A DNA stretch of 64,000 nucleotides from an uncultured Bacteroidaceae bacterium (GCA_964406005.1 CAYOPZ010000005.1:5370-69369), one strand, 5' to 3'. Shown: positions 8,188 to 17,540, counted from the first letter of the stretch. A program made the numbers and translations. The notes: generated from the letters alone by a model not told the origin.

Positions 8188-11100
8188 ATGGGAAAGAACA
8201 ACAACACATCCATTGTCATTGCCGAAGACAGCCATACTCAGGCCGAACAGCTCAGGTTCCTCCTCGAGGAACAGGGGTACACCGTTTTTTGCGGTAAAGA
8301 CGGATCGGAGGCACTGGATATGATAAAAATTCATCATCCGACCCTGGTCATCAGTGATATTCTTATGCCGGAACTGGATGGATACCAGTTATGCAGGAAA
8401 ATTAAAAAGGATCCCGTGCTGAAAAAAATACCGGTCGTACTCCTGACCGTATTATCACATCCAAGGGACATTATAAAGGGATTGGAATGCGGCGCAGACA
8501 ACTTCATAACAAAACCCTATAAAAACGAACATCTTTTATCATTGCTGCACAGGATCATTTCGAATATCCAGCTGAGGCAGGAAACAAAAACGGAGCCCGG
8601 GCTTAAAGTAAATTTTAATAAAAAGACTTACCATATTGATGCAGGCCGTGTACAGATACTCGATACGCTTTTATCCAGTATTGAACATTCAACCGGTGAA
8701 AATGAGAAGTTAAGGCAGTCAAACAAGCATCTGGAAAAAACACGGGAAGAACTGAAACGATCAAATCAGAACCTGGAGAAAGAGGTTGAAAAGCGAACGA
8801 AAAAGATCAAGCGGCTGAATTCACTGCTTACTGCGATAAGGAAAATAGATCAATTGATCGTTAAAGAAAAAAATCCGGGAATCCTGCTTCAAACCGCATG
8901 TGAGCAATTGGTGAGCATCAGGGATTATTATTATGCAGTGTATTTATACCTGGATAAGGACGGGAAAATATTATTTACGGGATATTCCGGTGTGGAAGAT
9001 CATTCTGAAAAATTCTCGGATTACCTTGATAAAGGTATGTTGCCTGCCTGCTGTGAAAAGGCAATGAACCGGGCCGGCGAGCTCACCGAAGGTAAAATAC
9101 AAGATCTGGTGGTCACCGAAGATCATAAGCGGGAATGCGGCGATTGTCCGTTGATTCCTGAAGAAAAAGGACTAAAATCAATAACCATCCCCCTGAAACA
9201 CAATGACCGGTACCTGGGTCTTCTCGTGATACTTGTACCGTTCCGGATATCTTCGATCATGGAAGAGATTGATCTTCTGGAAGGAGCAGCCAACGACCTG
9301 GCTTTTGCGCTTGCCGACATCGAACTCCAGGCTGAAAATAAGAAGGTCAACCGTGAACTGGTCAAAATGGCCCACGACCTGAACAAACGCGTAAAAGAAC
9401 TGAATTGTATTCACGGGATTGAAGAAGCAATGACACTACCCGGCATATCAATCAATGAGATTTTTAATGAGACCATACACCTGATACGGCAGACCTGGCA
9501 ATTCCCGGAATTAACGGCATGCAGGATTGAATACAATGGTGAGACTTTTCAATCGGAGAATTACAGGGAAACAGAACGGTCTTTGAAAACCGACCTGATT
9601 GTCCATGGTAAGAAGAAAGGTCTTCTTGAGGTCTGCTATATTGAAGATATCAATGATCATCCGGGGGATCCGTTTGTCGAAGAGGAGATGCACCTGCATA
9701 GAAATATCGGAAGGCAGCTCGAAAAATTCATTCAGAGAAAAGATACCGAAGAGAGATTAAAGGAACAACATAAACTGTTGTACCAACTCATCAATTCGTC
9801 ACCCGACCTGGTTTCCCTAAAGGACCGGAACGGACGGTATATAATGAATAATACAGCATTCAACAGGATCACAGGACTGAATGACCGGGAAACGACAACC
9901 GGCGAAACGGATTTTGACCTGTTCCCGGAAGAATATGCGGGCCGTTATCTTGAAGAAGACAGAAGGGTACTGGAGAAAGGGAAACCGGACTTAAACCGTG
10001 AAGAGATGATCCCTGACAGGAAAGGAAATGAACGATGGTTCCTGACATCCAGGATACCACTGAAGGATGAATCCGGAAAGATCAGCGGAATAATCAACGT
10101 GAGCCGTGATATTACCGAACGTAAGAAAAATCTTGAGGAATTGAAGCAGGCAAGAGAAAGAGCGGTGAAGGCAGATCAACTGAAAACAGCTTTCCTGATG
10201 AACATGTCCCACGAGGTCAGAACACCGATGAATGCAATAATCGGATTCGCAGACCTGCTTTTAAGTCCATCCGTGTTAAAACAGGATAAGGATTCGTTCC
10301 TGGAGATGATCAAGGAAAACAGCATGCGATTGCTCCGGCTTTTAAATGATATCCTGGATATTTCAAGGATCGAAACCGGGTCGGTTGAAATAATACCGAA
10401 GGCGTTCTCACTACGGAAGCTGGTTATGGACCTTCATAAGGATTTTAATGATCAGAAGATCAGGATGGGAAAAGAAAACGTGAAAATCAGCATTTCGGAA
10501 AAATGCAGTCATCATGATTATCGCATTATAACAGATCCTGAAAGGTTAAAACAAATTATCTCCAATCTGGTGGAAAATGCATTGAAGTTTACCGAATCCG
10601 GATTTATAGAAATGGGCTATGAAATGGTTCAATCGAAATCACCCGGTGAAAAACAATCGGATGCATTAAAACAAAAATTCCTGTGTTTCAGCATTAAGGA
10701 TACAGGGATCGGTATTGACAAGGACAGCCTTGATTTCATTTTTGACCGTTTCAGCAAGGTGGAGAGTAAAATGAAAATATATGACGGTACCGGCCTGGGG
10801 CTGGCGATTTCAAAGGACCTGGTGAAACTCCTTGGTGGTGAAATATGGGTGGAATCCGAACCCGGGAAAGGTTCTGAATTCTTTTTTACAATTCCATTCA
10901 AGGAAGCACGGGGTGAAAAAGAAATCATAACCAGATCAGGAACAGGCATGAGAAAGATCGACTGGAAAAGCAAACTGATCCTGGTTGCCGAGGATGAGGA
11001 AAGCAATTTTGCCCTTCTGAAATTCAACCTGCGCAGGACAGGTGCACAATTGCTCTGGGCCAGGAATGGAAATGAGGCTGTTGACGTCTGCCGTTCAAAT

Positions 11101-11334
11101 AAGGCAATAGACCTGGTTCTGATGGATATTAAAATGCCCGGATTGGATGGATTGCAGGCAGCCAGACTGATCAGGAAAAACAGGAAGGACCTTCCCGTCA
11201 TTGCAGTATCTGCCTTCTCAGCAGAAGAAGATATAAAATCATCAAGGGAGGCAGGCTGTGATGAATTTGTATCAAAACCGATCAATATGGAGGAACTTTA
11301 TAAGAAGATGAATTATTGTCTGGAAAGAAGTTGA
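8188..11334 (+). CDS. Hybrid sensor kinase: REC - conserved linker - coiled coil - Cys-bearing GAF-like - second sensor module - PAS - HisKA - HATPase - REC
   Basis: 1048 aa. N-terminal REC (IVIAEDSHTQAE, LVISDILMPELDG), H-box FLMNMSHEVRTPMNAIIGF, N/G boxes (NLVENALKFT, KDTGIGI, GTGLGLAIS) and C-terminal REC (ILVAEDEESN, LVLMDIKMPGLDG). Starts 12 bp after the cheB stop. Confidence 0.9.
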   Translation: MGKNNNTSIVIAEDSHTQAEQLRFLLEEQGYTVFCGKDGSEALDMIKIHHPTLVISDILMPELDGYQLCRKIKKDPVLKKIPVVLLTVLSHPRDIIKGLECGADNFITKPYKNEHLLSLLHRIISNIQLRQETKTEPGLKVNFNKKTYHIDAGRVQILDTLLSSIEHSTGENEKLRQSNKHLEKTREELKRSNQNLEKEVEKRTKKIKRLNSLLTAIRKIDQLIVKEKNPGILLQTACEQLVSIRDYYYAVYLYLDKDGKILFTGYSGVEDHSEKFSDYLDKGMLPACCEKAMNRAGELTEGKIQDLVVTEDHKRECGDCPLIPEEKGLKSITIPLKHNDRYLGLLVILVPFRISSIMEEIDLLEGAANDLAFALADIELQAENKKVNRELVKMAHDLNKRVKELNCIHGIEEAMTLPGISINEIFNETIHLIRQTWQFPELTACRIEYNGETFQSENYRETERSLKTDLIVHGKKKGLLEVCYIEDINDHPGDPFVEEEMHLHRNIGRQLEKFIQRKDTEERLKEQHKLLYQLINSSPDLVSLKDRNGRYIMNNTAFNRITGLNDRETTTGETDFDLFPEEYAGRYLEEDRRVLEKGKPDLNREEMIPDRKGNERWFLTSRIPLKDESGKISGIINVSRDITERKKNLEELKQARERAVKADQLKTAFLMNMSHEVRTPMNAIIGFADLLLSPSVLKQDKDSFLEMIKENSMRLLRLLNDILDISRIETGSVEIIPKAFSLRKLVMDLHKDFNDQKIRMGKENVKISISEKCSHHDYRIITDPERLKQIISNLVENALKFTESGFIEMGYEMVQSKSPGEKQSDALKQKFLCFSIKDTGIGIDKDSLDFIFDRFSKVESKMKIYDGTGLGLAISKDLVKLLGGEIWVESEPGKGSEFFFTIPFKEARGEKEIITRSGTGMRKIDWKSKLILVAEDEESNFALLKFNLRRTGAQLLWARNGNEAVDVCRSNKAIDLVLMDIKMPGLDGLQAARLIRKNRKDLPVIAVSAFSAEEDIKSSREAGCDEFVSKPINMEELYKKMNYCLERS

Positions 11335-11348
11335 CAGATTTTCACAGG

Positions 11349-13526
11349 ATGCAAAGGAACAAAGGAAATAAACTGATCGTGATTGCGGAAGACAGTCTTA
11401 CGCAGGCAGAAAAAATCAGGTATACTCTTGAGAACAAAGGGTTCAGGGTGGCTTGCGGAAAAAATGGCAGGGATGCCTTAAGGATTATTGAAGAAAAAGT
11501 TCCCGACCTGGTTATCTCGGATATAATCATGCCTGAAATGGATGGCTTTGAATTATGCAGGAGCATCAAAACAAAAAGCCGTCTGCAAGGAATTCCGGTT
11601 ATCCTTCTGACATCACTGGCACATACGGAAGACGTGCTGAAAGGTCTGGAGAGCGGTGCCGATAATTATATCATCAAGCCTTTCAGTGATGAACAACTTG
11701 TTACGCGCATAGAGACCATTCTTTCAGATGATGAAAATGCAGGAAAGGAGAAAAGGATACAGGAGCAAATCGACATTCTGTTCGAAGGGAAAAAGTACCT
11801 CCTGAATTCAACCAAAATCCAGATCCTCAACATGCTGCTTACGACCTACGAGGGAGCCGTACAAAAAACCAGGAAACTGGAGGAAACCCAGTCTGTACTG
11901 AATGAACTGCGAAACTCACTGGAAAGCAAAATCAGTGAAAAGACCAGGGATCTGCATCGGAAAATTCAGGAAAGGCAATCCATAGAATCTGCCATAAGGG
12001 AATCCGAGAAAAAGTATCGCAACCTTGTGGAGAATGCCATTACCGGAGTATTCAGCCTGACCCTGGAGGGGCAGATTGTGTTTGTCAACGAGGCAATGTT
12101 AAACCTCCTGGGTAAGGATCCGGGAACAAAGACGGAAAATCATTCCATACGATCATTCTTCAAACAAACTGCTGAATTTGAAAAATTCCTGGAGCTGATC
12201 AGGAAGCAGGGCCGGATTGTCGATTTTGAATCGGAGCTTGTGACAATAAAGGGTGAATCAAAAAGTGTGATCATCAATGCACGCCTGAAAGAAGACGGTA
12301 TTTCAGGCATTCTGCTGGACATTACGGAACGGAAAAAAATAATCGAACAGGAACAGAAATATCAGGCAGAATTAAAGACTGCAAAAGAGATGGCTGAGGA
12401 ATCGGATCGCCTTAAAACAGCATTTTTATCCAATATGTCCCACGAAATCAGGACTCCGCTCAATGCAATATCGGGATTTTCATGCCTGTTGTCCGATCCT
12501 CATCTGAGGAGAGAAAACAAAGAAGACTATATTGAACGCATTACCGATGGTTGCGATACCCTGCTAAACCTTGTAAACAACATCCTTGATCTGGCTAAAC
12601 TGGAAGCAGGAATAATAAAGCTTAACAAAAGAAAATGCAGGCTGAATAAACTGCTCGAGACGATTTATTCACTCCATTTAAGGTCAAGGGAGAAAATTGA
12701 AAGAAGCTCCCTTTCCTTCAAACTGTCGAAAGCAAATTCCGATGAAGACTTTACAATACTGGCAGATACCGACAGAATATTGCAGGTATTGTCAAATCTG
12801 CTTGATAATGCATTCAAATTTACCGAAAACGGATCGATTGATTTCGGATATGAAATTAAAGACGACCGGTTAATGTTTTTTGTCCGGGATACCGGACCGG
12901 GCATAAATGCCCAGCAGAAGAAAATAATTTTCGAACGTTTCAGAAAAGCAGAGGAAACAGAGACAAAACTGTACGGGGGAGCAGGACTGGGCCTGGCAAT
13001 ATGCAAAAAACTTGTTGAATTGATGGAAGGCGAAATAAGGGTGGAATCCGAACCCGGCCGGGGAACCTCATTCTCTTTCACAATACCCTTTATACCTGCA
13101 GCGGTTGAAAAAGAAACCGGAAAAAAGGAAGAAGCACCTGCTTCCAGACGATCCCTGAAAGGCAGGAAAGTACTTGTTGCTGAAGACAACCAGTTGAATT
13201 ATAATTTAATTGAAGCATTCCTGGCGGGGACCGACCTGGATGTTGTCTGGGTTAAGAACGGAAAGGAAGCCCTGGATTATTGCAAATCACCCGCTGATGC
13301 GGACATGATACTGATGGACCTGCGTATGCCGGTGATGGATGGATTTCAGGCGACAGAGCAAATAAGAAGCTTTAATGAGGACATCCCGGTTGTAGCCGTA
13401 ACTGCATATACCATCAGGGAAGAACAGGAAAAAGCGGAAAGCCTGGGATTTACGGATTACCTTACAAAACCGGTCAACCGGGAGATATTGCTGCAAACAA
13501 TACACAAATATATTTACAGTGGATAA
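11349..13526 (+). CDS. Hybrid sensor kinase: REC - conserved linker - PAS - HisKA - HATPase - REC (paralog 2)
   Basis: The ORF track starts at 11316. I prefer ATG 11349 (MQRNKGNKLIVIAEDS) because it matches the N-termini of the two paralogs. H-box FLSNMSHEIRTPLNAISGF, G boxes RDTGPGI and GAGLGLAIC, C-terminal REC (VLVAEDNQLN, MILMDLRMPVMDG). Confidence 0.9.
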   Translation: MQRNKGNKLIVIAEDSLTQAEKIRYTLENKGFRVACGKNGRDALRIIEEKVPDLVISDIIMPEMDGFELCRSIKTKSRLQGIPVILLTSLAHTEDVLKGLESGADNYIIKPFSDEQLVTRIETILSDDENAGKEKRIQEQIDILFEGKKYLLNSTKIQILNMLLTTYEGAVQKTRKLEETQSVLNELRNSLESKISEKTRDLHRKIQERQSIESAIRESEKKYRNLVENAITGVFSLTLEGQIVFVNEAMLNLLGKDPGTKTENHSIRSFFKQTAEFEKFLELIRKQGRIVDFESELVTIKGESKSVIINARLKEDGISGILLDITERKKIIEQEQKYQAELKTAKEMAEESDRLKTAFLSNMSHEIRTPLNAISGFSCLLSDPHLRRENKEDYIERITDGCDTLLNLVNNILDLAKLEAGIIKLNKRKCRLNKLLETIYSLHLRSREKIERSSLSFKLSKANSDEDFTILADTDRILQVLSNLLDNAFKFTENGSIDFGYEIKDDRLMFFVRDTGPGINAQQKKIIFERFRKAEETETKLYGGAGLGLAICKKLVELMEGEIRVESEPGRGTSFSFTIPFIPAAVEKETGKKEEAPASRRSLKGRKVLVAEDNQLNYNLIEAFLAGTDLDVVWVKNGKEALDYCKSPADADMILMDLRMPVMDGFQATEQIRSFNEDIPVVAVTAYTIREEQEKAESLGFTDYLTKPVNREILLQTIHKYIYSG

Positions 13527-14477
13527 ATGAAGAAACAGATCAGGAAAGAAAGCTCAGGCAACGGAAATTTCCGGAAGCTGTTGGACGAAAAACAAACGGA
13601 GATCAGGAAATTGACCGAAGAAATCAATCATCAGCAGGAAGCCATCGAATCACAGAAAGAGGTGATTGAAACACAACGTGATGTGGCCATTAAACAAAGG
13701 GATGAAATTATATTTCAGAAAAAGGAGATCACCTCCAGTATCAGATATGCGGAACGTATTCAGAAGGCATTGCTGCCGACAGATGAAGTATTTGCAGGGT
13801 CTTTTAAGGATCATTTCATTATGTACAGGCCAAGGGATATTGTCAGCGGGGATTTTTACTGGATAACAAATAAAGGCGGCAGGATCATTCTGGCCGCTGC
13901 AGATTGTACGGGACACGGAGTCCCGGGTGGCTTTATGAGTATCATGGGCATATCATTTTTAAATGAGATCGTTGAAAACCTTGGAATTATCCAACCCGGG
14001 GAAGTCCTGAATGAAATAAGAGACAAGGTGATCCACACATTCAGCCGGGCGGGGAAGAAAGCAGAAGCAATGGATGGTATGGATATCGCTGTTATCTCAT
14101 ATGAACCCCGGGATCAGGTCCTGCAGTATGCAGGTGCATTAAACCCGGTGTTTGTAATCAGGGACGGAGCCATTCATGAACTGACCGCAGACAGGATGCC
14201 TGTCGGATATTATTCCGGTACGGTCATACCGTTTGCCAATATTGAAATGGCGATACAGCCTGATGACTCGGTCTATTTGTTTTCAGACGGATATGTAGAC
14301 CAGTTCGGCTGGAGGACCGATACAAAATATAAAATGAAGAATTTTAGACGTCTGTTGCTGGATATTCAACAGGTACCAATGAGGGCGCAGAAGGTTCTGC
14401 TGGAAAATGAGCTCGATAACTGGAAGGGAGAAATGGAACAGCTGGATGACATCATGGTTATCGGGTTACAGATCTGA
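13527..14477 (+). CDS. PP2C/SpoIIE-family serine phosphatase with N-terminal coiled coil
   Basis: 316 aa. The ATG directly abuts the upstream TAA (13524-13526). A heptad-like N-terminus (LTEEINHQQEAIESQKEVIETQRDVAIKQRDEIIFQKKE) precedes RsbU/SpoIIE-type motifs (YAERIQKALLP, SGDFYW, ADCTGHGVPGGFMS, LFSDGYVDQ, DDIMVIGL). Confidence 0.88.
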   Translation: MKKQIRKESSGNGNFRKLLDEKQTEIRKLTEEINHQQEAIESQKEVIETQRDVAIKQRDEIIFQKKEITSSIRYAERIQKALLPTDEVFAGSFKDHFIMYRPRDIVSGDFYWITNKGGRIILAAADCTGHGVPGGFMSIMGISFLNEIVENLGIIQPGEVLNEIRDKVIHTFSRAGKKAEAMDGMDIAVISYEPRDQVLQYAGALNPVFVIRDGAIHELTADRMPVGYYSGTVIPFANIEMAIQPDDSVYLFSDGYVDQFGWRTDTKYKMKNFRRLLLDIQQVPMRAQKVLLENELDNWKGEMEQLDDIMVIGLQI

Positions 14478-14501
14478 ACTGCACCGGCCTTTTATAAAAG
14501 A

Positions 14502-16691
14502 ATGAAGGAAAAAACAGATAAGCGGATTGTAATTGCAGAAGACAGCCTTACCCAGGCAATGAAACTGAAAGGTATCCTTGAAAATGCCGGGTTTGCCGTT
14601 TACCACGGAGCCGATGGGAAACAGGCCTTGTCACTTGTTTATGAAATCACACCGGTGATCGTTATTTCAGATATAGTAATGCCGGAAATGGATGGATTCG
14701 AACTCTGCAGGAAGATCAAGGAAGATGAAAGCCTCTGCAGGATTCCTGTTATTCTTCTCACATCCCTGTCCGAACTGTCAGATGTCATCAAAGGGCTGGA
14801 ATGCGGTACGGATTCATATATTATGAAACCTTTTTCGGAACAATACCTTTTATCAAGGGTGAACCATGTACTGGAAAACAGCAGCCTGAAACCGGTAAAG
14901 AGTATCCCCAAAGGATTGAACATAAAATTCGGCGGACACGAATTCCAGATCCGTTCCGATCCGTTACAGATTTTAAACCTGTTGATCTCAACATATGATG
15001 CTGCTATTCAAAAGAATATTGAACTCGCTGAAAGAGAGAAAGAACTGATCTTGTTTAACCAGACCCTGCAGCAAAAGGTCGAGGAACGAAAACGCGAACT
15101 GACCGTTCAGCTGGAAGAGAAAATAAAAGCTGAGGAAATCCTTAAAAAATCGGAAGAGAAATACAGGGAACTGGTCGATACCGCACTGATCGGAATTTAT
15201 ATCTCAACCGTTGAAGGAAAATTATTATTTGCCAATGAAGCTTTCAGGGATATGCTTGATTACAGTTCATTTGATGAGTTATATTCAATGAATACAAGTG
15301 ATCTGTATAAAAATCCGGACAGCAGAAATCTGTTTATAGGCAGACTTCTTAAGGAAGGCAGGGTTCCCGACTTCGAGACAGAATTGATAACGAAGAATGG
15401 TTCAACAAAACATGTATTGCTGAATGCAACCCTGGAAGGGGATATCCTTTCAGGAATGATCCTGGATATCAGCGACAGGAAAGCAGCCGAACAGAGAATG
15501 AAGAACTATCAAAAGGAATTGCTGCAGGCAAAACAAAAGGCGGAACAATCAGAAAAACTTAAAACAGCATTTCTTGCAAATATGTCAAATGAGATCCTCA
15601 CTCCCATAAACTCGCTGGTAGGGTTTACAGACCTCCTGACCAGGCCTGGTCTCAGTGCTGAAAGTCAGGCAAAATATTCCGGGCAAATCAACGAAAGCGG
15701 GAATCAATTGCTGAACCTGATAGACAACATTATTGATATTGCAAAATTCGAATCCGGTGAGGTTACCATTAAACTGACAGATTGCAGGATCAATAATTTA
15801 TTGCTGGATCTCTATGCCTATTTTGAGAAGCGATTGCATGAAACCGGAAAGGACCAGGTGAGCCTTTTTCTCAAGAGGGCCAACAAGGATAATGATTTTA
15901 CCATATTAACCGAACCGTACAGGTTGAAGAAGGTACTGTCAAACCTGTTAAACAATGCAATCAAATTTACAGAGACCGGAGCGGTCGAATTTGGATATAA
16001 CATTGTACATGAAGAAGAAAATAATGACGGTTCCCTTATTCAGTTCTTCATCAAGGATACCGGCAGCGGCATTTCACAGGATAAACTTACCATGATTTTC
16101 GACCGTTTCCGCCGGAATGATGAAACCTATACCAAACTCTCCGAAGGAGCAGGATTAGGTCTCCCCGTTTCAAAAGCATACGTAGAACTTCTCGGCGGGA
16201 AGATATGGACGAAATCAGAGATTGATTCGGGCACGGAATTCTATTTCAATCTTCCCTATACACCGGTAAAGCCTGATGAAGGATTCGAAGCAGATGTTGA
16301 AGTGCCCGTCAGTACGCAAAACTGGGAAAACAAAAAAATCCTGATAGCAGAAGATATTGAAAGCAACTGGCGGTACCTGGAGGCCATACTGCAGAAGACA
16401 AAAGCCAGTCTGATCAGGGTGGAAAACGGCAGGCAGGCCATTGAAGCATTCAAGCAGCATCGTGATATCGACATAATCCTTATGGACCTCAGGATGCCGG
16501 TCATGTCGGGATATGATGCGACCATTGAAATAAAGAAAATGAACAGGGATATTCCCATAATTGTTCAGACAGCCTTTGCCCGGGACGAGGACAAGGAAAA
16601 AATCCTGGAGACCGGATGTGACAGCTACATTGTCAAACCGGTAAATAATGAGGTGCTCCTTGATCTCCTCGGCCGCTTTATAAAAAAATAG
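14502..16691 (+). CDS. Hybrid kinase-like protein REC - linker - PAS - degenerate HisKA (His->Asn) - HATPase - REC (paralog 3)
   Basis: 729 aa with the same architecture as 11349..13526. The H-box reads FLANMSNEILTPINSLVGF, with an AAT (Asn) codon at 15588-15590 where the paralogs have CAC (His). N/G boxes are intact (NLLNNAIKFT, KDTGSGI, GAGLGLPVS). C-terminal REC is present (ILIAEDIESN, IILMDLRMPVMSG). Confidence 0.9.
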   Translation: MKEKTDKRIVIAEDSLTQAMKLKGILENAGFAVYHGADGKQALSLVYEITPVIVISDIVMPEMDGFELCRKIKEDESLCRIPVILLTSLSELSDVIKGLECGTDSYIMKPFSEQYLLSRVNHVLENSSLKPVKSIPKGLNIKFGGHEFQIRSDPLQILNLLISTYDAAIQKNIELAEREKELILFNQTLQQKVEERKRELTVQLEEKIKAEEILKKSEEKYRELVDTALIGIYISTVEGKLLFANEAFRDMLDYSSFDELYSMNTSDLYKNPDSRNLFIGRLLKEGRVPDFETELITKNGSTKHVLLNATLEGDILSGMILDISDRKAAEQRMKNYQKELLQAKQKAEQSEKLKTAFLANMSNEILTPINSLVGFTDLLTRPGLSAESQAKYSGQINESGNQLLNLIDNIIDIAKFESGEVTIKLTDCRINNLLLDLYAYFEKRLHETGKDQVSLFLKRANKDNDFTILTEPYRLKKVLSNLLNNAIKFTETGAVEFGYNIVHEEENNDGSLIQFFIKDTGSGISQDKLTMIFDRFRRNDETYTKLSEGAGLGLPVSKAYVELLGGKIWTKSEIDSGTEFYFNLPYTPVKPDEGFEADVEVPVSTQNWENKKILIAEDIESNWRYLEAILQKTKASLIRVENGRQAIEAFKQHRDIDIILMDLRMPVMSGYDATIEIKKMNRDIPIIVQTAFARDEDKEKILETGCDSYIVKPVNNEVLLDLLGRFIKK

Positions 16692-16873
16692 ACAGGAGTT
16701 CAATACAAGCCGTTGCCGGTGGAAATCTGTTAAAAACGGTTCTACCTTCAGGATATTTTCCGGATTGATCTTAATCGCCCTTCCATTTAAACCATCCCGG
16801 GAAGGGGGAAATTACCAGTAAATTTATTAACTTCAGGTTTCAGTGGCTTTTGCCGGGTTAACTTTACATTGAC

Positions 16874-17500
16874 ATGTCGACAATTCTCATTATAGATGAT
16901 CACCCTGTTGTAAGAAGAGGATTGCGGGAAATACTTGAAGAATTGTCCGTTGATATCCGGATAATTGAAGCCGGTACGGCAATTGACGGGTTACGAATAA
17001 TCAGGGAATCGGATATTGATATTGTTTTACTGGATATTAATCTTCCCGGCAGAAGCGGTCTTGATATGCTGAAAGATATAAGAAAGATCAAGGCAGAAAC
17101 CAAGGTTCTGATAATCAGTATGTATCCGGTGGACCAATACGCAGTCCGTGCACTTAAATCCGGTGCAAAGGGATATGTTACCAAGGAAAGTGCACCCGAT
17201 GAATTGCTTGCTGCGGTCGACAGGATACTGAAGGGAGGAAGATACATTACACAATCCATAGCTGAGCATATAGTCGATAATCTTGAGAGTAAAGGCCCCC
17301 TGCACCGTTCTCTTTCAGACAGGGAGTTTGAGGTAATGATCCACCTGGCAAAAGGAAAAAGCATCAGGGTAATTGCCGAAACACTGGCATTGAGTGAAAA
17401 AACCGTCAGTACCTACCGCAAGAGAATTCTTGAGAAAATGCAAATGCATTCAAATGTTGAACTCGCCAGGTATGCCCTGCAGTATAAACTCATTGAATAG
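16874..17500 (+). CDS. NarL/FixJ(LuxR)-family response regulator
   Basis: 208 aa. REC (ILIIDDHPVVRRGL, IVLLDINLPGRSG) plus a LuxR-type HTH (LSDREFEVMIHLAKGKSIRVIAETLALSEKTVSTYRKRILEKM). Confidence 0.92.
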   Translation: MSTILIIDDHPVVRRGLREILEELSVDIRIIEAGTAIDGLRIIRESDIDIVLLDINLPGRSGLDMLKDIRKIKAETKVLIISMYPVDQYAVRALKSGAKGYVTKESAPDELLAAVDRILKGGRYITQSIAEHIVDNLESKGPLHRSLSDREFEVMIHLAKGKSIRVIAETLALSEKTVSTYRKRILEKMQMHSNVELARYALQYKLIE

Positions 17501-17540
17501 AAACTCAGGAATCTGGCAATTTTGTACGGCGGTGGTTAAA

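Noticed and set aside
11316-11348. Upstream ATG giving a 19-nt overlap with the preceding kinase
   Set aside because: The N-termini of both paralogs place the start 8-9 residues before IVIAEDS, which matches ATG 11349. The upstream start is kept as an alternative only.
16778-16806. Hairpin CCCTTCC ... GGAAGGG after the third hybrid kinase as a terminator
   Set aside because: It has a 15-nt loop and no U-run, so it is too weak to call. Whether the LuxR gene is co-transcribed therefore remains open.
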